A DNA stretch of 64,000 nt from Trueperaceae bacterium (GTDB lineage Bacteria > Deinococcota > Deinococci > Deinococcales > Trueperaceae): the NCBI GenBank assembly GCA_965214405.1, contig OZ243956.1, positions 4,416,001-4,480,000 on the forward strand, written 5' to 3'. The position numbers were made by a program, and so were the translations under genes. The notes beneath the pieces are model-generated. The model ran no database searches. It was not told the DNA's origin and worked only from the letters and a program-made list of their open reading frames with translations. Below are positions 50,339 to 59,627 of the stretch, piece after piece. Each line of letters opens with the position of its first letter. Position 1 is the first letter of the stretch.

Positions 50339-51355
50339 ATGTTTAAGAGCCGGGGTCTCAACAAGCCTTCGCCCTTCGGCGCGCTCGTCTCGTACCTGCT
50401 GCTCGGCGTTTGGGCGCTGGTGGTGCTTTTTCCGCTCTACTGGGTGGTCATCACCTCGTTCAAGTTGCCTATCGAGGTCAATAACGGCCCCTTTTATCTG
50501 CCTTTTGTGGACTTTCAGCCTGCAACGGACGCCTGGCATTACGTCTTCGTGACCGTCTGGCGCGACACAGTGCGGCCCTTTGTCAACACCGTCGTGGTGG
50601 CGCTCCTCTCTTCGGCGCTGGCACTCCTTTTTGGCGGCAGCGCGGCCTACGGCCTCACAAGATTCACGTACCGCCCGCGCCTCGCCGCCGTGTTTACCGC
50701 GCTGGGGCTTCTCGCATTGGCGGTGGTGGGGGTGAATTTTGGTGTGCCCTGGGTGCTCGCCGCCGTTGTCGTGGTGGCGGTATTTTTTCTCCTCTTGGGG
50801 CCAATCTCTAAACGTTCGGCGCGTTCACTCAAGAACAGCGACATCGCTTTTTGGCTTATCTCGCAGCGCATCCTGCCGCCCGTCGCCATCATCATCCCCA
50901 TCTACATTTTGTTCCAGCAGCTCGGGCTCTTGGACACCCGGACGGCGCTCATTGCGACCTACATGGCGGTCAATCTGCCCATCGTCGTGTGGCTCATGCG
51001 CGACTATTTTGCGAACATCCCGATTGAGCTAGAGGAGTCCGCCCGCGTGGACGGCGCGTCGCCCTACCGCGTGTTCTGGTCCATCGTCTTGCCCTTGTCC
51101 ACGCCCGGCTTGGTCGCCACCTTCTTGTTCGTGCTGGTGTTCGCCTGGAACGAGTACCTGCTGGCGCTCTTTTTATCCAAGGCGAACGCGCAGACGATGC
51201 CCCTGCTTATTGCCGCGCAAAACGCGACGCGCGGGCCGCAGTGGTGGACGATGTCGGTGCTTATTTTGGTCATGATTGTGCCGGTGATTGTGTTGGCAAT
51301 TGCGCTCGAGCGTTTTATCTCGAGGGGGCTCCTAGTGGGAGCGGTCAAAGGGTGA
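50339..51355 (+). CDS. Carbohydrate ABC transporter permease
   Basis: FPLYWVVITSFK, ELEESARVDGAS and AWNEY motifs. Confidence 0.93.
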   Translation: MFKSRGLNKPSPFGALVSYLLLGVWALVVLFPLYWVVITSFKLPIEVNNGPFYLPFVDFQPATDAWHYVFVTVWRDTVRPFVNTVVVALLSSALALLFGGSAAYGLTRFTYRPRLAAVFTALGLLALAVVGVNFGVPWVLAAVVVVAVFFLLLGPISKRSARSLKNSDIAFWLISQRILPPVAIIIPIYILFQQLGLLDTRTALIATYMAVNLPIVVWLMRDYFANIPIELEESARVDGASPYRVFWSIVLPLSTPGLVATFLFVLVFAWNEYLLALFLSKANAQTMPLLIAAQNATRGPQWWTMSVLILVMIVPVIVLAIALERFISRGLLVGAVKG

Positions 51356-51362
51356 GGGGAGC

Positions 51363-52283
51363 ATGGACATGAACATCATGTGTTTGGGTGACGCGCTGAT
51401 CGACTTCAAGGAGGTCGGCCCGCTGACCTTTAAGGGTTTCGTCGGGGGGTCGCCGCTCAACGTGGCGGTGGCGGGCTCGAGGTTGGGGGAACGGGTCGGT
51501 TTTGCATCACAGGTTTCAGACGACCAGTTTGGCCGGGCGATTCGCGCGCACTTAAACGAGAACGGGGTGGACACGTCGTTTTTGCTCGAGAGTGACGCCC
51601 CTTCTACGCTGGCTTTTGTGGGCGAGGTGGAAGGCGAAGCCGTCTTCGACTTTATCGCCAACCGCTCCGCCGACGTGCTCTACGACCCCCAGCCGCGCCA
51701 GACGTTCCCCGAGTCGGTCAAGATGGTGCAGTTCGGCTCGATTAGTTTGCTCCAGGAGCCCGCCGCGACCACCTTGACGGACACGGTGGCGAAACACAGT
51801 CACGCGACCGTCGTTTTCGACCCTAACGTGCGCCCGGCACTCATCCCCGACAGGGACGCGTTCGAGGCGAGGCTGAGGCGCGACTGGCTGCCGATTAGCG
51901 ACCTCGTCAAGGTGAGTTCACAAGACCTGCGCTGGCTCTATCCCGATACCCCTTATGAGGAGGTGGCGCGGGCGTGGCTTCAAGAGGGGCCTGGGGCCGT
52001 CATCATCACCGACGGCGGCGCGGGCGGGACGCTCCACCGGAGGGCCAGCGAGCCTCTATACGTGCCCGCGCCCCGCGTGACGGTGGTGGACACTGTGGGC
52101 GCGGGCGACACCTTCACCGGGGCGCTGATGGTGGCGCTTCTGGAGGAGCCAAAACGCTCTGACGACGCCTGGCGGGACGCGCTCGCCTTTGCCGCCGCCG
52201 CCGCCGCGGTGAACTGCACGCGGGCGGGGGCGGACCCGCCGACGCGGGGGGAGTTGGAAGCGTTTCTCGAGGAGAATTCCTAA
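51363..52283 (+). CDS. PfkB family carbohydrate kinase (fructokinase-like)
   Basis: GGSPLNVA, FDPNVRP and DTVGAGDTF motifs. Confidence 0.93.
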   Translation: MDMNIMCLGDALIDFKEVGPLTFKGFVGGSPLNVAVAGSRLGERVGFASQVSDDQFGRAIRAHLNENGVDTSFLLESDAPSTLAFVGEVEGEAVFDFIANRSADVLYDPQPRQTFPESVKMVQFGSISLLQEPAATTLTDTVAKHSHATVVFDPNVRPALIPDRDAFEARLRRDWLPISDLVKVSSQDLRWLYPDTPYEEVARAWLQEGPGAVIITDGGAGGTLHRRASEPLYVPAPRVTVVDTVGAGDTFTGALMVALLEEPKRSDDAWRDALAFAAAAAAVNCTRAGADPPTRGELEAFLEENS

Positions 52284-52286
52284 ACC

Positions 52287-53375
52287 ATGCCGACCACCGT
52301 CCACCTGCACCGCCGCTTTTTTGGCGAACTCGAGCGCCCCCTCCTCACCCACGGCTCCCTCTCCGCCTCTACTTTTTTATTTGACAGCGGCGTCCACGCG
52401 CTGAGGCTCAAAAGCGCCCATGTGGACCTCGTCATGCTCCCCTTCCAGGGCCAGCAAATCTGGCGGGCGGTGGTGGACGGGCGCGACCTCACGATGGCGT
52501 CGATGTTTAATGAGCCCCGACCGACGACCGACTACCTGAAAACCTACGGCGGCTTTCTCATCCACTGCGGCGTCACGGCGATGGGCGTACCCGGCGCGGG
52601 AGACACGCACCCGCTTCACGGCGAGCTGCCCAACGCGCCCTTTCAAAAAGCGTACGTTGTCGTTGGTGAGGACGAACGGGGCGCGTACCTTGGGCTCGGC
52701 GGTGAGTATCAGCATACGGTGGCGTTCTCGCACCACTACCTGGCCCGTCCGCTCGTCAAGCTTTACGAGGGCTCGAGCCGCTTCACAATGGAACTTAGCG
52801 TTCACAACCTCAAGCGCACCGAGATGGAACTCATGTACCTGGCGCACATCAACTTTAGGCCCGTCGATAACGGCAGACTCGTCTACAGCGCCCCCGCCGA
52901 CCCGGAGCACGTGCGGGTTCGTAAGAGCATTCCGTCACATGTGACGCCCAAGGAGGGGTATGAGGCGTGGCTCGAGCACCTCGCCACCCACCCCGAAGAG
53001 CACCACGTCTTAAAGCCCGGTCTCCCCTTCGACCCCGAGGTGGTCTTTCTTATCGACTATCTTGCCGACGCCGAGGGTTGGGCGCACACCATGCAGGTCC
53101 GGCCCGACGGGACGGCGGACTACATGCGCCACCGACCCAGTGAACTGGACACGGGCGTGCGTTGGATTTGCCGGACGCCCGACCAGGACGCGCTCGGTAT
53201 GACCGACCCGGCCACCGCCGAGCCTGAAGGCTACAGCGCGGAAAAGGCTAAGAGGAACCTCAAAGTCGTTCCGGTGGGGGGCGTGTGGCGCTGCGAGGTC
53301 GAGATGGGTGTGCTGGAGCCCGCTGAGGTCGAGGCGACGGAAGCTCATGTCAACGCGATGCTTGAAAGTAAATGA
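52287..53375 (+). CDS. DUF4432/aldose 1-epimerase-like protein (DeoM-like mutarotase)
   Basis: LPFQGQQIW, YGGFLIHCG...D.HPLHGE, YLAHINF and PATAEPEGY motifs. Confidence 0.8.
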   Translation: MPTTVHLHRRFFGELERPLLTHGSLSASTFLFDSGVHALRLKSAHVDLVMLPFQGQQIWRAVVDGRDLTMASMFNEPRPTTDYLKTYGGFLIHCGVTAMGVPGAGDTHPLHGELPNAPFQKAYVVVGEDERGAYLGLGGEYQHTVAFSHHYLARPLVKLYEGSSRFTMELSVHNLKRTEMELMYLAHINFRPVDNGRLVYSAPADPEHVRVRKSIPSHVTPKEGYEAWLEHLATHPEEHHVLKPGLPFDPEVVFLIDYLADAEGWAHTMQVRPDGTADYMRHRPSELDTGVRWICRTPDQDALGMTDPATAEPEGYSAEKAKRNLKVVPVGGVWRCEVEMGVLEPAEVEATEAHVNAMLESK

Positions 53376-53391
53376 TGCTCACCATTCTTTC

Positions 53392-53553
53392 AGAGGGTGT
53401 TTGAGAAATCAGCTCGCGTCCACTAAAGCCCCCTTAACAAGGGGGTTTGGGGGATTTGCTTCGGCGAGATGCGCTGTAGAGGTTGTCAAAAAGGCAAATC
53501 CCCCTCATTCCCCCTTGTTGAGGAGGAGGCAAAAACATTTCCAAACACCCTCT
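53392..53553. mobile_element. MITE-like miniature inverted-repeat element (162 bp)
   Basis: AGAGGGTGTTTG (53392-53403) and CAAACACCCTCT (53542-53553). Internal inverted CCCCCTT..AAGGGGG / GGGGGATTTGC..GCAAATCCCCC modules. No ORF. Confidence 0.7.
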
Positions 53554-53714
53554 AGGAAGCCCCAGCCGACCTCGCCTCAACACGCGCGAGTAAGATTCAG
53601 AACACTATCCAACCCAAAACTGCGCTTTCATGTCTTCTTAACACATCGCCACCGAATCTTGATTTGTGTGTAAGTTGTGTATAAGTTGTGTAATGTGTAA
53701 GAAGGGAGAGGGAG

Positions 53715-54446
53715 GTGTTCGGGAGGATGTTCAGGCTCTTTTTAGTTCTCGGGTTGGCGGTTCTGTCCTTGACCTTCGCCGTAACGCCTGACGCAACCCG
53801 CGACAGCGACGCCGACGGGTATCCCGACGCCGCCGAATTGACGAGCGCGGCGGAGCGGGTCGCTTTCAGAGAGTGGTTCGCCGCCGTTGCCGAGGCGCAG
53901 TACACCGCGCCCGCCCCCGACTGGACGGAGCGCGACTGCTCCGGGCTGCTGCGTTACGCGTTTGTGGAGGCGCTCGAGCCCAAGACCGCCGCCTGGTTCG
54001 CGCAGTTCCCCTTCCTCAATCCCCCACGCGTACCCGCCGTCAAAACCTTGAGTTATCCGCTGCCCGTCTTGAGCCGCAGCGTGTTCCGCATCGCCCCCGG
54101 CAGCTTTAGAGAAGATGATGTCGAGGCCGGACGCTTGGTCGGGCTCGCCACCGCCGCGGAGTTGATGCGTTACGCGACCCTCCCTCTAGGGCGCAGCGAG
54201 GCAGTAGCCGAACGCGGTGACCTTATTTTTTTCGTACATCCTCTTGCAGAAGGTTCGGGCTATCACAGCATGGTGTATCTCGGGGACGGCAGGGTTGTTT
54301 ACCACACGGGCTTAAGCCCGGAGGAGGGCGGCGAGGTGCGTTTGCTGAGCCTCGACACACTTCGCAAGCACCCCGACCCCAGTTGGCACCCGGACGCGGA
54401 CAATCCAAATTTTCTGGGGTTTTATCGCTGGAAGATTGTAGATTAG
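53715..54446 (+). CDS. DUF1175 (YfaT-like) protein
   Basis: Signal peptide. FREWF..VAE.Q...DCSGLLRYA..EAL, GDLIFF, YHSMVY, YHTG and W.P..DNPNFLGFYRW motifs. Confidence 0.88.
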   Translation: MFGRMFRLFLVLGLAVLSLTFAVTPDATRDSDADGYPDAAELTSAAERVAFREWFAAVAEAQYTAPAPDWTERDCSGLLRYAFVEALEPKTAAWFAQFPFLNPPRVPAVKTLSYPLPVLSRSVFRIAPGSFREDDVEAGRLVGLATAAELMRYATLPLGRSEAVAERGDLIFFVHPLAEGSGYHSMVYLGDGRVVYHTGLSPEEGGEVRLLSLDTLRKHPDPSWHPDADNPNFLGFYRWKIVD

Positions 54447-54481
54447 GGAAGTGCCGCGCGAGGAGTCGAGAGGGAAGTCAG

Positions 54482-54505
54482 AACAAGGGGTTGCAACCCC
54501 TTGTT
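54482..54505. repeat. Perfect 24-bp palindrome (REP-like)
   Basis: AACAAGGGGTTGCAACCCCTTGTT. Confidence 0.7.
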
Positions 54506-54610
54506 TCTCCCCGACTCCCATCACCCTGCCCAACAACGGTGCCTAAGCTGAATTAAACATATCTGCGTTTTGTTGCTCCTTTAGACGGCGTCGGCCAGAA
54601 TAGGAAGGTT

Positions 54611-57600
54611 ATGACCCACATCCTCAAACTTGCAGGCCTGTTCCTCCTGTTGGCGTTCTCGCTGGGGTCGTCGCAGAGAGAGCAAATCTGGCTCTACGGC
54701 GGCGGGACTTTTAGCCCGGATGACGAGGTGAGTCTCGAGTACAGCGTCCCGCCCAATCAAGACGCCACGCTGACGCTCTACCGCGTCGGCAATCCTGAAA
54801 GGGTGCTCGAGCTGGGCGGTCCCGCCGATTTTAGGGAGACGGGGGCGCTCGAGCTGAGGCGCGTGCAGGTGCAAAGGGTGAGGCTCAAGCCCGACACTTA
54901 CTACGGCGACGCGTCCTTTGGCACCTTGCGGCGCGGGCTTTACTTCGCGCAGTTGGAGAGCGGCTCCCAAAAAAGCGCCACGCTTATCCTCGTCACCGAC
55001 CTCTCGTTGGTCGTGAAAACCGACGCGGACACGGTGCTTACCTATACAGCGGAGGGCGCGGCGGGCGAACCGCGCAAAGCTAGGGTCTATCTTTTGGATG
55101 GGCAAACCCGCTACGCCGAGGGCTTGGCGGATGACGAAGGGCTGACCGAGTTTGGCACTGGCTCCGATACCGGCACCCCAGACGATCTTGTCGTGGCGGC
55201 CAAGTTCGGCGACAGTTGGGCGTTCAGCAACGCGTACTGGAAAAGCTGGGCGCTAGAAAACGCCAAGGTGTACGTCCAGACCGACCGCTCGGTCTACCGG
55301 CCCGGCCACACAGTTTTTTTCAAAGGCACGGCGCGCGCGCCTTCGGGCTTAGCGCCCTTGGCGGGTAAAGAGGTGCAGTTTCTCGTGAGCGACGCGGATG
55401 GGAACGAAATTTTTGCGGACACGTTCACCACGGACGCTTACGGGAGCTTTAACGGCGAGCTCTTGCTGAGCGCCGCCGCGCCGTTGGGCTACTACAGCGT
55501 AGAAACGACCCTGAACGGCGAAACGAGCTACGCCGACTTCGAGGTGCAAGCCTTTCAGAAACCCGAGTACCGCGTGAGCGTGACGCCCGCCGAGGCGGTC
55601 GCCGTGCAGGTCAACACCGCGACCTTTACCGTAAACGGCGAGTACCTGTTCGGCGGCCCCGTCGCGGGGGGCAAGGTCAACTACGCCGTGCTAAAGGCGC
55701 CCTACTACCGCTGGCGTTATACCTCCTCCTACGAATTTTATGAAGACTACGACTACACCGCCACCTACGGCGGCGAACTCATCGAGCGTGGTGAGGGCGT
55801 GCTGGACGCTGAGGGCAACCTCACCGTGACAGTGGCCTTGCCCGAGGGTGACGAAGATTATCAAATCACGCTCCAAGCGGGCGTGAGCGACGAGGCGCGG
55901 CGCGAGATTAGCGGTAGCGGCAGCCTGGTGGCGTACCGCGCGGGCATCGTGCTGGACGTGCAGACCGACCGCTACGCTTACAAAACGGGCGAGACGGCGC
56001 TAGCGACGGTGCGGGCTGAGGATTTGCAGGGCAATCCGGTGAGCGTGCCCTTCAGCCTCTCTACAGAGCGTTACGTGTGGGAGGCGGGGGAAAGTCGGAC
56101 GATTGGAGGGCAGACCTACCAAGGGCAGACGAACGCGGACGGGGTGGGGACGGTGGCGCTCGAGTTCGCCGAGCAAGGTTCATATACCCTCATAGCCACG
56201 GCGCAAGACGCGTCGGGGCGGCAAACCGAGGCCAGCGATTACACCTGGGTCTCGGGGAGCGAGCGTTGGTATTGGGCCTACGACGGCCTTACCATCACGC
56301 CGGACAAAGAAGAATACGAGGTTGGCGACACCGCGCGCTTTGTCGTGCAGTCGCCCGTGGCGGACGGTTACGCGTTGGTGACGCTCGAGGGCGACAGTCT
56401 CGCCGCCTACGAAATGGTCAAGCTCGAGGGGTCGGTGCTGACGTACGAACTGCCCATCACCGCCGCGATGACGCCCAACGGTTATTTGTCGGTCACCATC
56501 GTCGGCGACGGCGTGACCTACACCGACACGGCGGGGTTCCGGGTGCCGCCGGACGACAAGTTCTTAAATGTTGAGATGACCTCCGACGCCGACACGTATA
56601 AACCGGGCGAGACGGGCCGCTTTGGCTTGCGCGTCTCGGACGCGTCCGGGCGCGGCGTGCAGGCGCAAGTGGCGCTCGCGTTGGTCGACGAGGGCATCTT
56701 CCTCGTTCGGCCCGACGGGACGCCGGACATCCGCGGCTTTTTCTACGCGCTTAAAGACAACGTGGTGGGAACGCAGTTGAGCGACTGGTACTATTTCGGC
56801 AACACGCAACCGCTCGCGGAGGCTCCAGCGGCACCCGCACCGAGAGCCGCGATGGACGAGGCCGCGTTCGCGCAGAGCAAAACCGAGTTCGCCACCGCGG
56901 ACTTGCGCGAGGATTTTCGGGACACGATTTTGTGGTTGCCCACGCTTCAAACGGACGCCGACGGTCTGGCGTCGACCACCGTCACCTTTCCCGACAACCT
57001 CACCGAATGGCGGCTTACGGCGCGCGCGGTTACGCTGGGGGACGAGGTAGGGCAGAACACGTATAGCGTCAAAACGACCTTGCCCGTTATCGCTCGCTTA
57101 GCCGCGCCGCGCTTTTTTATCAAGGGGGACGAGGCGAGCTTGCGCGTTATTGGGCAGAGCAACTTAGACACGGACCAGGAGGGGCGGCTCGAGCTGTCCG
57201 CCGACGGCCTCAGCGTACTCAATACCGAACCTCAACCCACAACCCTCCCGGCGGAAGGCCGCAGCAGCGCCAATTTCAATGTCAGCGCGAACATGACGGG
57301 CACCGCCGAGGTGACCGCCACCGCCCTCACCCCGGCGGCGAGCGACGCCATGAAGGTGCCTCTGCCGGTATTGCCGCACGGCTTGCGCGACGAACTCGGT
57401 TGGACGAACGAAGGGGATACTAGCTGGACCTTTACCCTGCCCGCAAACGCCGACCTCAGCACCGCCGCGGGCACGCTTTACCTCACGCCCTCGCTCGCGG
57501 CGGCGGTGAGCCCCGCGCTGTCGTATCTGGCGGGCTACCCCTACGGCTGCACCGAGCAGACGATGAGCCGCTTTTACCCGAGCGTGCTGGCGGCGCGGGC

Positions 57601-59014
57601 GGGTTCATTGGCGAGGTTACCCGACGACGTTGCGACCAACCTAGACGACATCGTCGCCCAGGGCTTAGACCGCCTTTATGAGTTTCAGCACGACGACGGC
57701 GGCTGGGGCTTCTGGCAGTATGACGGCTCGAGCCCCTTCATCAGCGCCTACGTCGTCAACGGCTTGATTGAGTCTCAAGAGGCGGGTTATAGGGTCAAAG
57801 ACACGGTGCTCGAGAACGCTCTCGACTACTTGCAATCTGTCGTCCAAACCTCTCTCGCTACCACGACGGACGGCGGGAGCTTGGTCGACGCCGACGCCAA
57901 AGCGTACGCCTTTCTCGCGTTGGCAAGGGCAAATCGACCCATTGACGGCCTCGGCAGAGTCGTGGGTCGCGCCGACATGTCGCCCTACGGCCTCGCGCTC
58001 AGCGTTTTAGCGTTTCACGAGGTGGGGCGGGATGTGGAGGCGAACCTCTACTTAGACGAACTCTTATCCCGCGTCACCGAGCGTGACCGCGTCGCCTATT
58101 GGGAGACGAACGCGCCGCGCTACTACTGGAACGACGACCGCGTGGAGGCGACGGCTTATGCGCTGGAAGCCTTGGCCGAACTGCGCCCCGACGCGCCGAT
58201 TCTGCCCAAAGTCGTGAACTGGCTGCTGCTCGAGCGCAACGGTGCCCGCTGGGTCTCGACCAAAGACACCGCCGCCGTGGTTCGAGCCTCCCTCGTCCTC
58301 GCCGATACAACTGGCGAGAGCGCGAGCGATTATCAGGTAAGCGCGCGCCTCAACGGGTCGGAACTCGTCAGCACCAGCCTCGACCAAACCAACCAAGGCG
58401 TCGAGGTGCCGCTGGACGGCTTTGACTCCGGTCCTAACGTGCTCGAGGTGAACGTTTCAGGTGACGGTACGCTTTACTCGAGCGCCGCCGTCTCATTCTT
58501 TAGCGAGCAAGAAGACTTCACACCGCAAACGGAAGACTTCACGATTAGGCGCCGTTACCAGCGCCTCGAGCCCGTGTATAACGAGAGCGAACAACAGTAC
58601 ATCTACAGCCGGACGACCTTGCGCGGCCCTGCGGAAGTCGGCGACTACCTCCTCGTCACCGTGACGATTGACCCCAAAGACGACTACCGTTACGTCCTCG
58701 TCAACGAACCCCTGCCCGCCGGGTACCGGGTCATCGAGGACGACGGGGCGTTCCGGGTGGCGGGCGTTGAGCCGCGCTACGGTTACGACTACTACGGCTG
58801 GAACTACTGGTTTGACGGGCGCGAGGTGTACGACGAGCGGGTGGACTACTACTTCGCCGAGCTGAGCAGCCCGGTGACCTTTACTTACATCCTTCGCGCC
58901 GAGACGCCCGGCACCTTTGCGGCCTTGCCCACCCAAGCCTGGCTGATGTACGAGCCCGAGGTGGAGGGCACGGGACCGGACGCGACCTTGCAGATTGCTG
59001 AAGAAGGCCAATAG
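54611..59014 (+). CDS. Bacterial alpha-2-macroglobulin with an intact thioester motif
   Basis: TDRSVYRPG, KPEY, VDE, FPDNLTEWR, YPYGCTEQ (CxEQ), QHDDGGWG, W.STKDT, EPLPAG and LMYEP motifs. Confidence 0.95.
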   Translation: MTHILKLAGLFLLLAFSLGSSQREQIWLYGGGTFSPDDEVSLEYSVPPNQDATLTLYRVGNPERVLELGGPADFRETGALELRRVQVQRVRLKPDTYYGDASFGTLRRGLYFAQLESGSQKSATLILVTDLSLVVKTDADTVLTYTAEGAAGEPRKARVYLLDGQTRYAEGLADDEGLTEFGTGSDTGTPDDLVVAAKFGDSWAFSNAYWKSWALENAKVYVQTDRSVYRPGHTVFFKGTARAPSGLAPLAGKEVQFLVSDADGNEIFADTFTTDAYGSFNGELLLSAAAPLGYYSVETTLNGETSYADFEVQAFQKPEYRVSVTPAEAVAVQVNTATFTVNGEYLFGGPVAGGKVNYAVLKAPYYRWRYTSSYEFYEDYDYTATYGGELIERGEGVLDAEGNLTVTVALPEGDEDYQITLQAGVSDEARREISGSGSLVAYRAGIVLDVQTDRYAYKTGETALATVRAEDLQGNPVSVPFSLSTERYVWEAGESRTIGGQTYQGQTNADGVGTVALEFAEQGSYTLIATAQDASGRQTEASDYTWVSGSERWYWAYDGLTITPDKEEYEVGDTARFVVQSPVADGYALVTLEGDSLAAYEMVKLEGSVLTYELPITAAMTPNGYLSVTIVGDGVTYTDTAGFRVPPDDKFLNVEMTSDADTYKPGETGRFGLRVSDASGRGVQAQVALALVDEGIFLVRPDGTPDIRGFFYALKDNVVGTQLSDWYYFGNTQPLAEAPAAPAPRAAMDEAAFAQSKTEFATADLREDFRDTILWLPTLQTDADGLASTTVTFPDNLTEWRLTARAVTLGDEVGQNTYSVKTTLPVIARLAAPRFFIKGDEASLRVIGQSNLDTDQEGRLELSADGLSVLNTEPQPTTLPAEGRSSANFNVSANMTGTAEVTATALTPAASDAMKVPLPVLPHGLRDELGWTNEGDTSWTFTLPANADLSTAAGTLYLTPSLAAAVSPALSYLAGYPYGCTEQTMSRFYPSVLAARAGSLARLPDDVATNLDDIVAQGLDRLYEFQHDDGGWGFWQYDGSSPFISAYVVNGLIESQEAGYRVKDTVLENALDYLQSVVQTSLATTTDGGSLVDADAKAYAFLALARANRPIDGLGRVVGRADMSPYGLALSVLAFHEVGRDVEANLYLDELLSRVTERDRVAYWETNAPRYYWNDDRVEATAYALEALAELRPDAPILPKVVNWLLLERNGARWVSTKDTAAVVRASLVLADTTGESASDYQVSARLNGSELVSTSLDQTNQGVEVPLDGFDSGPNVLEVNVSGDGTLYSSAAVSFFSEQEDFTPQTEDFTIRRRYQRLEPVYNESEQQYIYSRTTLRGPAEVGDYLLVTVTIDPKDDYRYVLVNEPLPAGYRVIEDDGAFRVAGVEPRYGYDYYGWNYWFDGREVYDERVDYYFAELSSPVTFTYILRAETPGTFAALPTQAWLMYEPEVEGTGPDATLQIAEEGQ

Positions 59015-59021
59015 AGAGCGT

Positions 59022-59618
59022 ATGAACGCCTCCTGCCAAAAAGTTTGGGCGACGGTCCTGCTGAGTTTGCTCGGGCTCACGTTCGCTCAGAGCTGGCAGG
59101 AGGCCACAGACGGTTTCTTCAGAGTTGAAACCGCTTCCGCCGCAGACGCCGAAAGGCTCGAGCACGTATTCGACGTGCTCGAGCAAGCCGCCAAAGATCT
59201 CAAAGATTCCGGTTTGCCTCTCCCCGACGCGGTCACGGTGCGCGTGCATCCGACGCTCGAGAGTTTCCAGGCTGACACCGGCTTACCCTGGTTTGTGGCG
59301 GCGCTGGCGGACCGAGAAACAAACACGCTTCACACTCAACGGTTGCGGGTGCTGCTCGAGCGCCAAAGTTTAGAAACGACCCTGCGACACGAACTCTTTC
59401 ACCTCGCGCAACCCGCCGACTGGCCGCGCTGGCGGGCCGAAGGCGCGGCGATGCGTTTTGCTGGGGAGCAGCCGCGAGCGCAACCGCTCCCCGGTCTGAG
59501 CGACGAACAACTTGACGCTCTCTTAGCCGCGCCGCCCTCGGCGGACGTTCTAGCGCGGGCGGTGGCGACGGCTTATGCTCGAGTGGAAACGTATGGTGCG
59601 CTCACGCCCCAACATTAA
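59022..59618 (+). CDS. Secreted HExxH (zincin-like) protein downstream of A2M
   Basis: Signal peptide (TFA-Q). TLRHELFH...WRAEGAA motif. Confidence 0.7.
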   Translation: MNASCQKVWATVLLSLLGLTFAQSWQEATDGFFRVETASAADAERLEHVFDVLEQAAKDLKDSGLPLPDAVTVRVHPTLESFQADTGLPWFVAALADRETNTLHTQRLRVLLERQSLETTLRHELFHLAQPADWPRWRAEGAAMRFAGEQPRAQPLPGLSDEQLDALLAAPPSADVLARAVATAYARVETYGALTPQH

Positions 59619-59627
59619 ACATCAGTG

